Below are positions 30,146 through 40,225 of a stretch of 64,000 nucleotides of DNA, in pieces. The notes under the pieces are model-generated. The model was given only the letters and a program-made list of their open reading frames with translations. It ran no database searches and had not been told where the DNA came from. A program made the translations under genes and the position numbers. The DNA comes from Bdellovibrionales bacterium (lineage in GTDB: Bacteria > Bdellovibrionota > Bdellovibrionia > Bdellovibrionales > UBA1609), in contig OZ244719.1 in NCBI GenBank assembly GCA_965219095.1, positions 160,001-224,000 on the forward strand. The letters run 5' to 3'. Numbering within the stretch: position 1 is the first letter of the stretch; each line of letters starts with the position of its first letter.

Positions 30146-31571
30146 ATTCTTTGCTATTTTCCTTGTTTTTATTTCTTTATCTTTCTTAGCCAAAGCAAGT
30201 GATAAAACACCTGTCCTGTTCCAGCCAACAAGCTATAATGTTCCAAAACATGTAAAAACACGCCCATGGAAGGAACCTGATTATTCCAAACAAATATCCC
30301 GTTTAGGTTACAGTAAGGACATCTTTAAAGCTCAAACTCCTTTAATTCAAGCATCAGTCAACTTTTGGTTTGATGTTTATTCAAAATACAACACCGATCA
30401 GGGGATTCTACATGACAGCCTCCATGAATCTTTAATCTACGAAATTGTAAATTTTAAGGATATTATGGGAAATCCTAACTCAAGCTTACAAGAGAAAGAA
30501 GAATTAAGATTGAGAAGAGTCAATAAAATAAAAAAAGAAATTCGAGAAATACTCCTTAAACTTTCGAAAGTAAAAAACCCCTCAAAGCTTAAAAAGAAAG
30601 AGAAAAGGTATTGGAATCTTTTTAAAAACATTAAAGAGAAAAATAAGTTCCTTTTTGCGAGAACAAAAAATAGGTTAAGATTTCAGTTAGGTCAAAGAGA
30701 TCTTGTTTTAAAAGGTATTTTCAACTCAGGAGCTTACATCCAAGCTATGGAAGATATTTTTAAAAGGTATAATCTACCTATTGAACTCACTCGCCTTGTT
30801 TTTGTAGAAAGTTCTTTTAATTTATCGGCATATTCAAAAGCAAATGCTAAAGGTATTTGGCAGTTTCTTTTGCAAACAGCAAAGCCTTTTCTAAGAATTA
30901 ATGCCTCTGTGGATGAAAGACTTGATCCTTTGAGAGCCACAGAAGCAGCTGCACAGCTTTTGAAAAAAAACTACCAACATTTAAACTCATGGCCTTTAGC
31001 CATAACAGCTTACAATCGAGGACTTTCTGGAGTAAAGAGAATTCTTAAAAAAACAAAATCTAAAAATCCTGAAAGGCTTTTGAACATAAGAAAAGGATAT
31101 TTCCGCTTTGCCTCAGCAAATTTTTATACAAGTTTTTTAGCTATGATAAAAGCAGAAAAACAGTTAGGTAAAAAAGCAGTTTGGAGACATCCTCTTGAAT
31201 TTAAAAGAGTGAAACTAAGAAAAACTATTTCCTCAAAAGCCCTTATTTCATGGTTTCATGGAAATAAGAATAAAGCTCAAGAGTACAACCGTCATATTCG
31301 AAATTATGTTTGGAGGGATCTGGTAAGGATAGGAAAAGGTAATTTTATTTATATCCCTAAGTATAGAGTGACATTAGTGAGAAAAGAGTTAAAACAGCTT
31401 AAGTCATTAAGCCTCTATAGGGGACGACTTTACAAAATTAAAAAACATGACACTCTATCTTCTATTTCTAGAAAGTTCAAAGTATCTACAAAAAAAATAA
31501 AGAAAGCAAACCCTGAACTCAAAGAACGTTTTTTGAAAAGAAATTATATGATCCTTATTCCTAAAAAGTAG
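30090..31571 (+). CDS. Lytic transglycosylase with C-terminal LysM (MltD-like); start probably ATG 30132
   Basis: FVESSFN, AKGIWQF, DERLDP, LAITAYNRG, YKIKKHDTLSSIS. Confidence 0.9.
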   Translation: MLINFLMNFLCISVMPNYKFFAIFLVFISLSFLAKASDKTPVLFQPTSYNVPKHVKTRPWKEPDYSKQISRLGYSKDIFKAQTPLIQASVNFWFDVYSKYNTDQGILHDSLHESLIYEIVNFKDIMGNPNSSLQEKEELRLRRVNKIKKEIREILLKLSKVKNPSKLKKKEKRYWNLFKNIKEKNKFLFARTKNRLRFQLGQRDLVLKGIFNSGAYIQAMEDIFKRYNLPIELTRLVFVESSFNLSAYSKANAKGIWQFLLQTAKPFLRINASVDERLDPLRATEAAAQLLKKNYQHLNSWPLAITAYNRGLSGVKRILKKTKSKNPERLLNIRKGYFRFASANFYTSFLAMIKAEKQLGKKAVWRHPLEFKRVKLRKTISSKALISWFHGNKNKAQEYNRHIRNYVWRDLVRIGKGNFIYIPKYRVTLVRKELKQLKSLSLYRGRLYKIKKHDTLSSISRKFKVSTKKIKKANPELKERFLKRNYMILIPKK

Positions 31572-31630
31572 TGCTTGAGCCTGTAATTTAAATTATGTAG
31601 CTTATGGCCTATAAAAATTTCAAATCATTA

Positions 31631-31704
31631 TAAAAATCGCCTTATATCATAACCTTGGAAAACTGCCAGAACCTCCGGGAACCCATAGATTCTTTTGAGG
31701 AGGC
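31631..31704 (+). mobile_element. ISL3 right-end remnant
   Basis: Near-identical to 59641-59714. Confidence 0.85.
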
Positions 31705-32090
31705 TATATTTCTTTTGTAGCAAAGAATGAACCCTTGTGCAAGTCCATAAATCTATTTCAAAACCAAACTTTGAAGCAGGCTTCTGTAGGTCTTTTTCAA
31801 TTCTTTTAACAGTCTTATCTCTGATTTTTGGAGGACGTTCAGATCGTTTCTTTTCTTTCAAATCTTCAAATGAATTGTTTCGCTCATAAATTTCAATCCA
31901 CTTGTATATGGTAACACGATGACGACCAATATTTTTTGCTATTGTGGGAGCTGTCTTGCCATTCAAATAATTTTGAACTACTCTTTTCTTTTCTTCGTAG
32001 CTTGCATATTCTCGTCTCATACCAACATTATAATCAATCTAGAAAATTATGCAATTGTAGCGAAACTTTTATGAATATCTATACTATAGT
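31705..32090 (-). pseudogene. IS630-3 transposase N-terminal HTH fragment
   Basis: IAKNIGRHRVTIYKW, RPPKI, PASKFGFEIDLWT. Confidence 0.75.
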
Positions 32091-32401
32091 GGCTCGTAGA
32101 TGGAATGAGAAAAAAACTGCTGTGAGTTCAAAATAAGAAATTCATGGAGGAAAGATTGCTCAATTTATAAAAAGCACATTGAATGTATTAAAGAAGAAGG
32201 GTCATTCTGGATTTCAGATAGAGAATTATACAATGAAACATATTCCTTGATTTTTTACAGATAGGTGTTTTAATAGAATTTAATAAAAGAATATGTACAG
32301 GATAAAAATTAAAACAAATTTTTTAAAAGGGATGCTTTGAAAGAAAGGATTTTGGTATTGTCACAAGCTGAAAAAACTATATCTAAAAATATGAATCATA
32401 T

Positions 32402-33208
32402 ATGGACTCTTTTCTTATAAATCAGCCTTGGACTCAAATGTCATTTGTCTGTTTAGATTTAGAAACTACAGGTGCTTTTCCTGTAGGTGATTCCATCTGT
32501 GAAATAGGAGCTGTTTTGTGGAAAAAAGGAGCTGTTCAAGACGAATTTCAAACTTTAGTAAAACCTCCTTATCCCTTGACTGAGGAGAATGTAAAAATTC
32601 ATAAGATCACAAATAAGATGCTGGTTAAAGCTCCTATAATTTCTGATGTGATAGAAGATTTTCTTAAATTCATAAAAGGGCACATCCTTGTAGCCCACCA
32701 TGCACCTTTTGACTTAGGTTTTTTAGCTTATGACTTTGAAAAACTAGGATATTTTCCTGAGACCTCTCAAGTTTTCCTTTGTTCCTCTTTATTAGCACGA
32801 AAACTCATCCCCGAAGCTCCTAGGCACAAACTTCAAACCCTTGTAAAATATTTAAAAATTGAAAGCTCAGTAAGTCACAGAGCTTTAGAGGATTCTCACA
32901 ATTGTCTAAAAATTCTTCTTGAGTGTTTGAATCGCATAGGAAGAGAGAAAACAATAAAAGATATCCTAGAAGTACAAGATAAAAAAATGTCTTGGGAAGG
33001 TTTTTTCATAAAAAATATTTCTTTACCTCCCTCTTTCATAGAAGCTATTTTAGAAAACAAAAGAGTTTCTTTTGAGTACAATAAAAAATCTCGCTTAATT
33101 TATCCTTATGGTATTGTAAGAAACCCTGACGGAGATTATTTAGCCGGCAAAGAAGATTTCACAGCTAAGCATGTGAAAAGATTTTACTGTAATAAAATTA
33201 AACTTTGA
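32402..33208 (+). CDS. DEDDh 3'-5' exonuclease (DnaQ-like) with a possible WYL-like C-terminal domain
   Basis: DLETTG, AHHAPFD, HRALED; C-terminus RLIYPYGI...YLAG...KRFY. Confidence 0.88.
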   Translation: MDSFLINQPWTQMSFVCLDLETTGAFPVGDSICEIGAVLWKKGAVQDEFQTLVKPPYPLTEENVKIHKITNKMLVKAPIISDVIEDFLKFIKGHILVAHHAPFDLGFLAYDFEKLGYFPETSQVFLCSSLLARKLIPEAPRHKLQTLVKYLKIESSVSHRALEDSHNCLKILLECLNRIGREKTIKDILEVQDKKMSWEGFFIKNISLPPSFIEAILENKRVSFEYNKKSRLIYPYGIVRNPDGDYLAGKEDFTAKHVKRFYCNKIKL

Positions 33209-33329
33209 TCCTGTAAATTTTAAATCATTTATGACCATCTTTTCTTCAATTCAAATCATAAGTTTAAGAAGAGTTGTCTGAATCTTTTATAAGGTGAAAA
33301 CATGCAAAGATCTACAAAAAATTAGTGTT

Positions 33330-33625
33330 AGAAAAATTCATTTATGTGTTGATGAAAAAAATGGCCAGATTGTAGCATCTACTCTAACGGACAATTCTCT
33401 GGTTGATTCGGAAATTTTTGGAGATTTATTGGGAGATCTTAAAAATCATATACCGATTGCACTTCAAAATCCGCACATTAATTTTTTAGGAAGAATCGTA
33501 CACATGGAAGTTGTAGGTCAAAAGGTCGCTTAATTCTTTGTTATATTTTCTTGAGGATCGAAAAAAGAAGTGCAAGCAGTTTGAAATTCATCAAATGTTT
33601 CATAGTATCTGTTGTAAAGTGTAAT
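33330..33625. pseudogene. IS5-like fragment (+) joined to an IS630-like 3' fragment (-)
   Basis: RKIHLCVDEKNGQIVASTLTDNSLVDSEIF; on the minus strand YNRYYETFDEFQTACTSFF. Confidence 0.55.
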
Positions 33626-33998
33626 AGACGTTATATGATCTGACAGTTACACTTTCTGGGTTAATAAAAAACTGTCTGTCAGTTTGTGTTCCGTTCAATC
33701 ATCTTTTGCCTTACAAATGAACATAAGGAAATTAAAGTACATATTTATAATTAAATCAATGAAAAAAACTACTTATATTAAAATTTGGTTACTATACTTT
33801 ATAGCGAAAATACTTGATTTTTGCCCCCTACTACCTCTCAGCTTCTTTTAAGCACTTTTGACGCATGTGCTACTGTCAAACCGGGAAGAAAAATTAGTGA
33901 AAAAGGAGTTAAAACAACTTAAATCATTAAGCCTTTATAAAGGAAGACTTTACAGAATTAAAAGACCTGACACTCTATCTTCTATTTCTAAAAAATTC

Positions 33999-35530
33999 GT
34001 AACTGCTCACCTACATTGTTCAGTTATCCCTAACTTTAGACCTGTTTTAAGATAAAAGTCTTGCTCTTACAGATTTTCTTTTAAATACTTTTTTCAAATG
34101 ACAATAAATAAGACCTCCATCAGAAATGAGATTGAAAATATAAGAAGTGACTTTGATAAGCTTGCAAAGAAAGGTTCTGTGCCTACTGAGATTTCTGTGG
34201 TTTTTGAATCTCTCTTTAAGGTTGTGAACATTCTGATTGTTGTGTTTTTAGAAAAACAGGTTCGAAAAAATTCCAGCAACAGCGGTCTTCCTCCTTCGCA
34301 AGATTTTAGTCGTCAAGGGAATCGTAATAAGAAAGCTAGTGGGAGTCAGAAAAAGGGCTCTAGACTTGATAACAGTAAAGATACAAACAGTGAGGAGACT
34401 GTCTCTCCCTCAGAGTGTTCTCAGTGTGGGATGTTTTTAAAGACAGCAGAGGTAAAAAGCCTTGAGAAGCGTAAAAAGATTGATATTTTTTATGAAATTC
34501 AGACCCATACTGTAACTTCTGAAGTTAAGGATTGTCCCTCATGTGGAGCTAGAAATAAAGGTCAATTCCCTAAAGGTATGAGTGGTCCTCTTCAGTATGG
34601 TATAGGCATTAGAGCTTCCATCATCAATTTCATTATAGTTCAGATGCTGTCTTTTCAACGTGTTGGGGAACATTACATGGGGCTTATAGGTCGAATGATT
34701 TCTCCTGCAGTTATGTTGAGATACATTGCTGAATTAGGAGAGTTTCTTAAAAGTTGGGAAGAGCAGATGAAAGAAAAGATACTTGAATCAGAGGTCATTC
34801 ATGTTGATGAGACCTCTATGAGGGTTAAGGGTAAAAACTACTGGATTCATACTTATAGTTCAGGAGAATTAGTCTTGCAGTTTCTACACCTTTCAGGTGG
34901 AAGGGAAGCCATAAAAGATATTGGTCTCTTGGATAGATATACAGGAGTGCTTGTGCATGATTGTTGGAGTCCTTACTTTTGTTATGATAAGATAACTCAT
35001 GCTTTGTGTGTGGCTCACCTTTTGAGAGAGCTTAAATTTATAGAAGAAAGCAATGGATTCAAATGGGCTACAAATCTCAAAAAACTTCTTAAAGAGACTG
35101 TGGAGTTAGTTCATAAAAAAGAGTCAAGAGTTCTGACTCAAAAAGAGTACGAAACTCTTCAGAGAAGGTATAGGAGTATTCTTACAAAAGGCTTAAAAGA
35201 GCTTCCAGAATTTCCTAAGAAAAATGGCAAGAAAGGACGAATAAAGCATACACAAGCTCAAAACCTTTGGCTGCGATTTAAAAAGTATGAAGCAGAAATA
35301 CTGTGCTTTGCTAAAAGAAAGAACGTAGATCCTACTAATAACAGAGCTGAAAGAGATCTAAGAATGACTAAAGTGAAAAAGAAAGTGTCAGGGTGTTTCA
35401 GAACAGAAGAAATGGCGAAATATTTTTGTCGTATTACCAGCTATGTTAAAACAATGAGAAATAGAGGGTATTCTTCTTTAGAAGCCATCTCTATGGCTTT
35501 AAATAAAAACTTACGAGAGTGAGCAGTTAC
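33999..35530 (+). mobile_element. IS66-B, complete
   Basis: TIR GTAACTGCTCAC; 8-bp TSD AAAAATTC. Confidence 0.95.
34098..35522 (+). CDS. IS66-family transposase, 474 aa
   Basis: KNSSNSGLPPSQD, HVDETS, VHDCW, HALCVAHLLREL, TNNRAERDLR. Confidence 0.93.
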   Translation: MTINKTSIRNEIENIRSDFDKLAKKGSVPTEISVVFESLFKVVNILIVVFLEKQVRKNSSNSGLPPSQDFSRQGNRNKKASGSQKKGSRLDNSKDTNSEETVSPSECSQCGMFLKTAEVKSLEKRKKIDIFYEIQTHTVTSEVKDCPSCGARNKGQFPKGMSGPLQYGIGIRASIINFIIVQMLSFQRVGEHYMGLIGRMISPAVMLRYIAELGEFLKSWEEQMKEKILESEVIHVDETSMRVKGKNYWIHTYSSGELVLQFLHLSGGREAIKDIGLLDRYTGVLVHDCWSPYFCYDKITHALCVAHLLRELKFIEESNGFKWATNLKKLLKETVELVHKKESRVLTQKEYETLQRRYRSILTKGLKELPEFPKKNGKKGRIKHTQAQNLWLRFKKYEAEILCFAKRKNVDPTNNRAERDLRMTKVKKKVSGCFRTEEMAKYFCRITSYVKTMRNRGYSSLEAISMALNKNLRE

Positions 35531-35655
35531 AAAAATTCAAAGTATTCTATAGAAAAAATAAAGAAAGCTAACCCTGAGTTCAAAGAGCGTTTCTTGAAAA
35601 CTTAAACGGAAGCACTATATGACCCTTATTCCTAAAAAGTAAATTGCTTGCAGTT

Positions 35656-36186
35656 TTAATTTAACTTAGGGATAATGCCTATGAAAGGAAGGTTTCGATA
35701 AGAGTTTTTATAGTCCATCCCATAACCTACAACAAATTCGTTTCCTATTTCAAAACCTTTATAATCGATTTGACACTTGCTCTTCGTCGCCTCAGGCTTA
35801 TGAAGAAGGGTGACTGTTGTTACATCTTTAGCTCCTCGTGAGAGGAAAACTGACTGAAGAAAATGCATAGTAAGCCCTGAGTCTATGATATCCTCTACTA
35901 ACACAACACGTTTGTCTTTGAGGTTAGTCTCAATATCTGAAAGTATTTTTACTTGGCCTGTTGAACTGAATCTTTTATAACTTGATACAGCTATAAAGTC
36001 GCATATAATATCCAGCTGAAGTGCTCTTATCAGATCACAGAAGAAAACACTAGCTCCACTTAAGATACAAATAAAGACAGGAACTTCGTTTTTAAACCTT
36101 AGGCTTATTTCCGAGGCAAGCTCTAAAACACACTCTTGTATTTGCTCTTCTGTAATCAATACTTTAGGTTCTACAAGATTTGTCAT
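35656..36186 (-). CDS. hpt: Hypoxanthine phosphoribosyltransferase
   Basis: VLVEDIIDSGLT, FVVGYGMDY, YRNLP. Confidence 0.95.
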   Translation of the reverse strand: MTNLVEPKVLITEEQIQECVLELASEISLRFKNEVPVFICILSGASVFFCDLIRALQLDIICDFIAVSSYKRFSSTGQVKILSDIETNLKDKRVVLVEDIIDSGLTMHFLQSVFLSRGAKDVTTVTLLHKPEATKSKCQIDYKGFEIGNEFVVGYGMDYKNSYRNLPFIGIIPKLN

Positions 36187-36288
36187 ACATTAAGAACTTT
36201 AAGGGAAATGGCCACAAAAAGCAAGGCTTGATTCAAGAGATAGGATCCTAAATAGTGATGATCTGTATAAAGCGTGTGTTTGATTATG

Positions 36289-37539
36289 TGATCTTCCCCC
36301 AAAAAAGTGGACAGTTTTTATGTTCTTAAAGCCCTCCTTTGTTTAAATTCTTTTGGGCTCATGTATTTCAAGGAAGAATGCATTCTTACCTTGTTATACC
36401 AATCCATGTAAATTGCAATTTTTTTTTCCAACTCTTCCTTTGTTGTACAGTCTTTGTATTCCAGTTCATCTTTCAACGTATGGAAAAAGCTCTCCACAAA
36501 CGCATTATCATAACAATTTCCTTTCCTAGACATAGATTGCTTGAGGCCAAAGAATTTCAATTCTTTTCTAAACCCTTCACAACAATATTGAACCCCTTGA
36601 TCCGAGTGGATTATCAAGCCCTCTAAGTTCCCAGAAACAGATTGGACTGCGGCTCTCAGAGCCTGTTTTGAATGAACCCCGTCCAAGCTCTCACAGAGCT
36701 TCCAAGACTTAATCTCTCGATTATAGACATCTAAAAATACAACCAAATACAGAAATTTATCTCTAAAAGGAATATAGGTTAAATCCGAACACCATACCTG
36801 GTTTTCTTTTCCTGCTTGGCTCTGTCCTGTCTTAAACAACCGAGGAGACTTAATCATGAGAGGGTTATTCTTTGTTGTTCTAGGAACATAGGGTTTTTTC
36901 TGACGGGCACTGAGATTCTTTAGTTTCATAATTCGAGCTACTTTGTTTTCTCCAGCACTCACTCCGCAACGCTTTAATTCCCTATACACCCTGGGGGAAC
37001 CATAACAGCCTTTATTTTTTTTAAAAATAGATTCTATGTTTTTCTCCAGATTTTTATCCTTTTCAAGCTTTCCCCTGGTTTTTAAAAAACTATAAAAACC
37101 AGAACGAGATCCTCTTAATAATTCGCAAATGCGAAGCACTGGATGCCCTTTCTCTTTTACATAAAACATAGCCTTAAATCTCATTTCAGGATTTCCTTTG
37201 AAAAAAAAGCCGCTGCCTCTTTCAATATACCTACACTCCGCCTCTCATAGACCAGCTCCTTTTTTAACCTCTTTATTTCCTCCAATGCCGAAGCCAAGTC
37301 ATGGGAAGCTTGTCTTTCTACTTCAGGCTTTAGAAAACGCTTCCAAGAGCTTATCACTTGGAAATTTCTCAGTCCTAGCTTCTCTGAGGCTTCCTTTGCA
37401 CCTATTTCCTCTGCCAATTCAATGGCTTGCTTTTTAAACTCTTCCGAGTACTGTTTTACTTTTTCCATTCTTTCTTTTACCTCCATTTTATGGAGACTTT
37501 AAGAGAAAATTGACTGTCCGCAGAAACAGGGGAAGTTCA
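36289..37539 (-). mobile_element. IS3-family element copy 2 (OrfA 37181-37486, OrfB 36318-37184)
   Basis: Near-identical to copy 1; 3-bp TSD ATG. Confidence 0.95.
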
Positions 37540-37548
37540 ATGTTTTCT

Positions 37549-38397
37549 TCAAACTTTTAAACTTAAAAGCACAACCGCCCATTTAGGCTGATTTTCGTCC
37601 TCACTGATGTTTACAAAAGGCATAAGAAGTGAGTTTCCTGGATTGATGGTAGTGCTTTCAAAGACCTCTCCTTCAGGCTCGTAAGAAAAAGAAAGGGTGA
37701 TGTTTTTAGAAGTTATGGTTTTAACCTTAATGAATAAAGTGCCATTACTTAAATTGATTGTTTGTGAGAGTTTAAGTTCTTGTGTTTTCTCATAAAAACT
37801 TGAAACCCCTTCCTGAGGGGTGTTAAATAGACTTCGTGATGAAAATACAAAGAGTCGCCCTTCTAAAGATGTTTTTTCTTCTTCTACAGATAGATTTAAA
37901 TGATGAGCTAAAACATCAACTAAAGCTTCATGGGATACTTCCAAAAGTTTGATATGAGCAAAAAACTTAGAAGACGAAGTCACAGGAGGAGATATATGTG
38001 AAGAGGCTTTTTCTTTTATGTTTTTTTTCTCTGTCACTTTGCTATTTAAAAGCTCTTGTTTTTCTGTTGAAGGGGGGGCTTCATAAACATCTTTTTGTTG
38101 AGGACTTTCTTTTATTTTTTTCATTTTGATGTTTCTTACAGGAGTACTGACAGTCTTCCAGTTGGTTTTAACTTGTTTTCTAAACTTAGATTGAGAAGAT
38201 TGATGGTTAGGAGAGAGGAGAATATAGGATAAAGCTATGAAGCCTCCTAAGAGCAAACTCACTAAAATAAAGTGATGGGATTTAAGCTTTTCAAGAGGCT
38301 TTTTTTGAAGGTTTTGAACATGAACTCCACAACCTGCACAATACATATCCTTAGGTTGTTCTAGTTTGCATTTAGGGCATATCATAAGCTTATCCAT
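37549..38397 (-). CDS. Hypothetical membrane protein with N-terminal zinc ribbon
   Basis: CPKC...CAGC followed by a TM helix. Confidence 0.7.
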   Translation of the reverse strand: MDKLMICPKCKLEQPKDMYCAGCGVHVQNLQKKPLEKLKSHHFILVSLLLGGFIALSYILLSPNHQSSQSKFRKQVKTNWKTVSTPVRNIKMKKIKESPQQKDVYEAPPSTEKQELLNSKVTEKKNIKEKASSHISPPVTSSSKFFAHIKLLEVSHEALVDVLAHHLNLSVEEEKTSLEGRLFVFSSRSLFNTPQEGVSSFYEKTQELKLSQTINLSNGTLFIKVKTITSKNITLSFSYEPEGEVFESTTINPGNSLLMPFVNISEDENQPKWAVVLLSLKV

Positions 38398-38499
38398 TCA
38401 AAGCCTCCCTTAATACAGTGTGCCACACTTTTTAGTAGTTCACTAATCCTTAAAAGAGGATTTTTGTTTTTTTCTTTTATTTTGGTTCATTTTGTATAA

Positions 38500-38542
38500 A
38501 AAGGTGATAAAAAGTAGGAAAAAGTAGGAAAAAGTAAGAAAA
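38500..38542 (+). promoter_or_regulatory. MraZ operator-like 10-bp direct repeats upstream of a sigma70-like promoter
   Basis: AAAAGTAGGA x2 + AAAAGTAAGA, followed by TTGATT...TATCGT upstream of mraZ. Confidence 0.7.
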
Positions 38543-38619
38543 GATCTTGATTAATAGTGAAAAGTATTTTATCGTGTAGAAAAGCTCAAGGATGAGCTTT
38601 TATTTAAGGAGTAGTCACA

Positions 38620-39051
38620 ATAGGAAACTATTTTAGGGGGCGTTTTTTTCTCAAACTAGACCCTAAGGGGCGTCTTCTACTACCTAAAAGCTTTCGCTTA
38701 AACACTCCTTTAGTCTTGACAACTAACCGCTACAAAGATCTGATCTGTTTGGATGGAATGAGTCAGAAAGACTGGCAGATTTTTGAGGGAAACTTCCTCA
38801 AACAAAAACATGTAGATCTTAGAAAACAATTTTATTTTTCAGGAGCTTTTGTAACAGAACTTGATCGTCATCACCGTCTTTTGATAAGTAGCCATTTAAG
38901 AGAATCAGCAAATCTTAAAGAAAAACTTGTCCTTGTAGGATTGAGCGGAAAATTTGAAATTTGGGGTGATGGGGAATGGAAAAAATTTTCTCAAAGCCTA
39001 TTTAAAGATTTTAAAGACAGTTTAAGCAATTTAGCTCTAAAGGATTCATAA
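38620..39051 (+). CDS. mraZ: Division/cell-wall cluster repressor MraZ, probable ATA start
   Basis: In-frame extension 5' of the listed ORF: FRGRFFLKLDPKGRLLLP; second repeat LDRHHRLLI; FEIW. Confidence 0.85.
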   Translation: MGNYFRGRFFLKLDPKGRLLLPKSFRLNTPLVLTTNRYKDLICLDGMSQKDWQIFEGNFLKQKHVDLRKQFYFSGAFVTELDRHHRLLISSHLRESANLKEKLVLVGLSGKFEIWGDGEWKKFSQSLFKDFKDSLSNLALKDS

Positions 39052-39944
39052 TGGAGAATCTATTGCATAAGCCTGTTATGGTAAAAGAAGTTTTAAACAA
39101 TTGTTTAAGTCAAGAGAGAATGCTCACCTGTCTTGATGGGACTTTTGGAAGAGGAGGACATACGAAAATCTTATTAGAGTACTTTCCTAAAGTTGTGATT
39201 AGAGCTTGGGACTGCGATAGTGAGGCCATTGAATTTGGAAAAAAATACTTTGAAAGTTATACTAAAGAAAAGAGGCTGAATTTAGAACACACTCATTGGA
39301 GTGTTTCTTGTGAAACATTGAGAGCACAAGAGTTTGATTTTGTTCTGTTGGATCTAGGAGTGAGTTCTCCTCAGCTCGATGAAGCCAAAAGAGGTTTTAG
39401 CTTTTATAAAGATGGACCTTTGGATATGCGTATGGATAAAAGACAACAAATCAAAGCAAAAGATATTGTTAATTCTTACTCTCTTGACAGACTTATAGAA
39501 ATTTTTCAAAAAAAAGGAGAGATCAAAGGCCCTAAGAAAATAGCTTATTTCTTGTTGGAAGAAAGAAAAAAGAAACCCTTTGAAACAACAAAGGAGCTAT
39601 CTTGTTTTATTGAAAGCATAGAGGGTTGGAGAAAAAAGGGTTTTCATCCTGCCACCCAATTTTTCCAAGCTATCCGCTTAGAGGTCAATCAAGAATTAGA
39701 AGAACTTCAAAAAAATCTGCCCCTTTTCTTTCACTCTCTTAAAATAGGAGGTAGATTTGTTGTGATTTCGTTTCATTCCCTTGAGGACCGAATAGTAAAA
39801 CATTTTTTTAGAGATAAAGAAAGGGAAAAGAAAGGATTCCGTGTTCACAAAAAAATTATAAGGCCTACAGAGGAGGAGAGAACACAAAACCCTCGTAGCC
39901 GTAGTGCTAAAATGAGAGTTTTTGAAAAGGGAGAAAAGTTATGA
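39051..39944 (+). CDS. rsmH: 16S rRNA m4C1402 methyltransferase
   Basis: HKPVM, DGTFGRGGH, DLGVSSPQLD, PLDMRMD, SFHSLEDR, NPRSRSAKMR. Confidence 0.96.
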   Translation: MENLLHKPVMVKEVLNNCLSQERMLTCLDGTFGRGGHTKILLEYFPKVVIRAWDCDSEAIEFGKKYFESYTKEKRLNLEHTHWSVSCETLRAQEFDFVLLDLGVSSPQLDEAKRGFSFYKDGPLDMRMDKRQQIKAKDIVNSYSLDRLIEIFQKKGEIKGPKKIAYFLLEERKKKPFETTKELSCFIESIEGWRKKGFHPATQFFQAIRLEVNQELEELQKNLPLFFHSLKIGGRFVVISFHSLEDRIVKHFFRDKEREKKGFRVHKKIIRPTEEERTQNPRSRSAKMRVFEKGEKL

Positions 39945-40222
39945 CATTTTTCAAATATTCTCTCAGTATTTTTATCGCAATTTTTTATTTGTTCTGTCTT
40001 GTCTATGCAAAAATGGAAATGAGACGTTTGGGTTACGTTGCCTTTAAGAGCTCTATCCAATATAGACAAGCTCGTGATGAATATAACTCAAATTTATTGA
40101 AGTACATACATCTTACAAATTTAAGTCGTATAACTAAAAAGGCTGAAAAAAACCAACTTAAAAGGGGGAAAGAAGGGCAGGTAATTCATGTTATGGAATC
40201 ACAGCTAGTCCTTCCTCAATAA
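39941..40222 (+). CDS. ftsL: FtsL-like cell division protein
   Basis: Position between rsmH and ftsI; TM helix plus coiled coil. Confidence 0.65.
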   Translation: MTFFKYSLSIFIAIFYLFCLVYAKMEMRRLGYVAFKSSIQYRQARDEYNSNLLKYIHLTNLSRITKKAEKNQLKRGKEGQVIHVMESQLVLPQ

Positions 40223-40225
40223 TCC

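Larger units (their letters stand above)
33893..35642 (+). pseudogene. Diverged duplicate of the lytic transglycosylase 3' end, split by IS66-B
   Basis: 33893-33998 and 35539-35642 align with 31373-31571. Confidence 0.85.

Noticed and set aside
38500..38542. 10-bp repeats as iterons or an origin
   Set aside because: Position and period fit MraZ operator boxes
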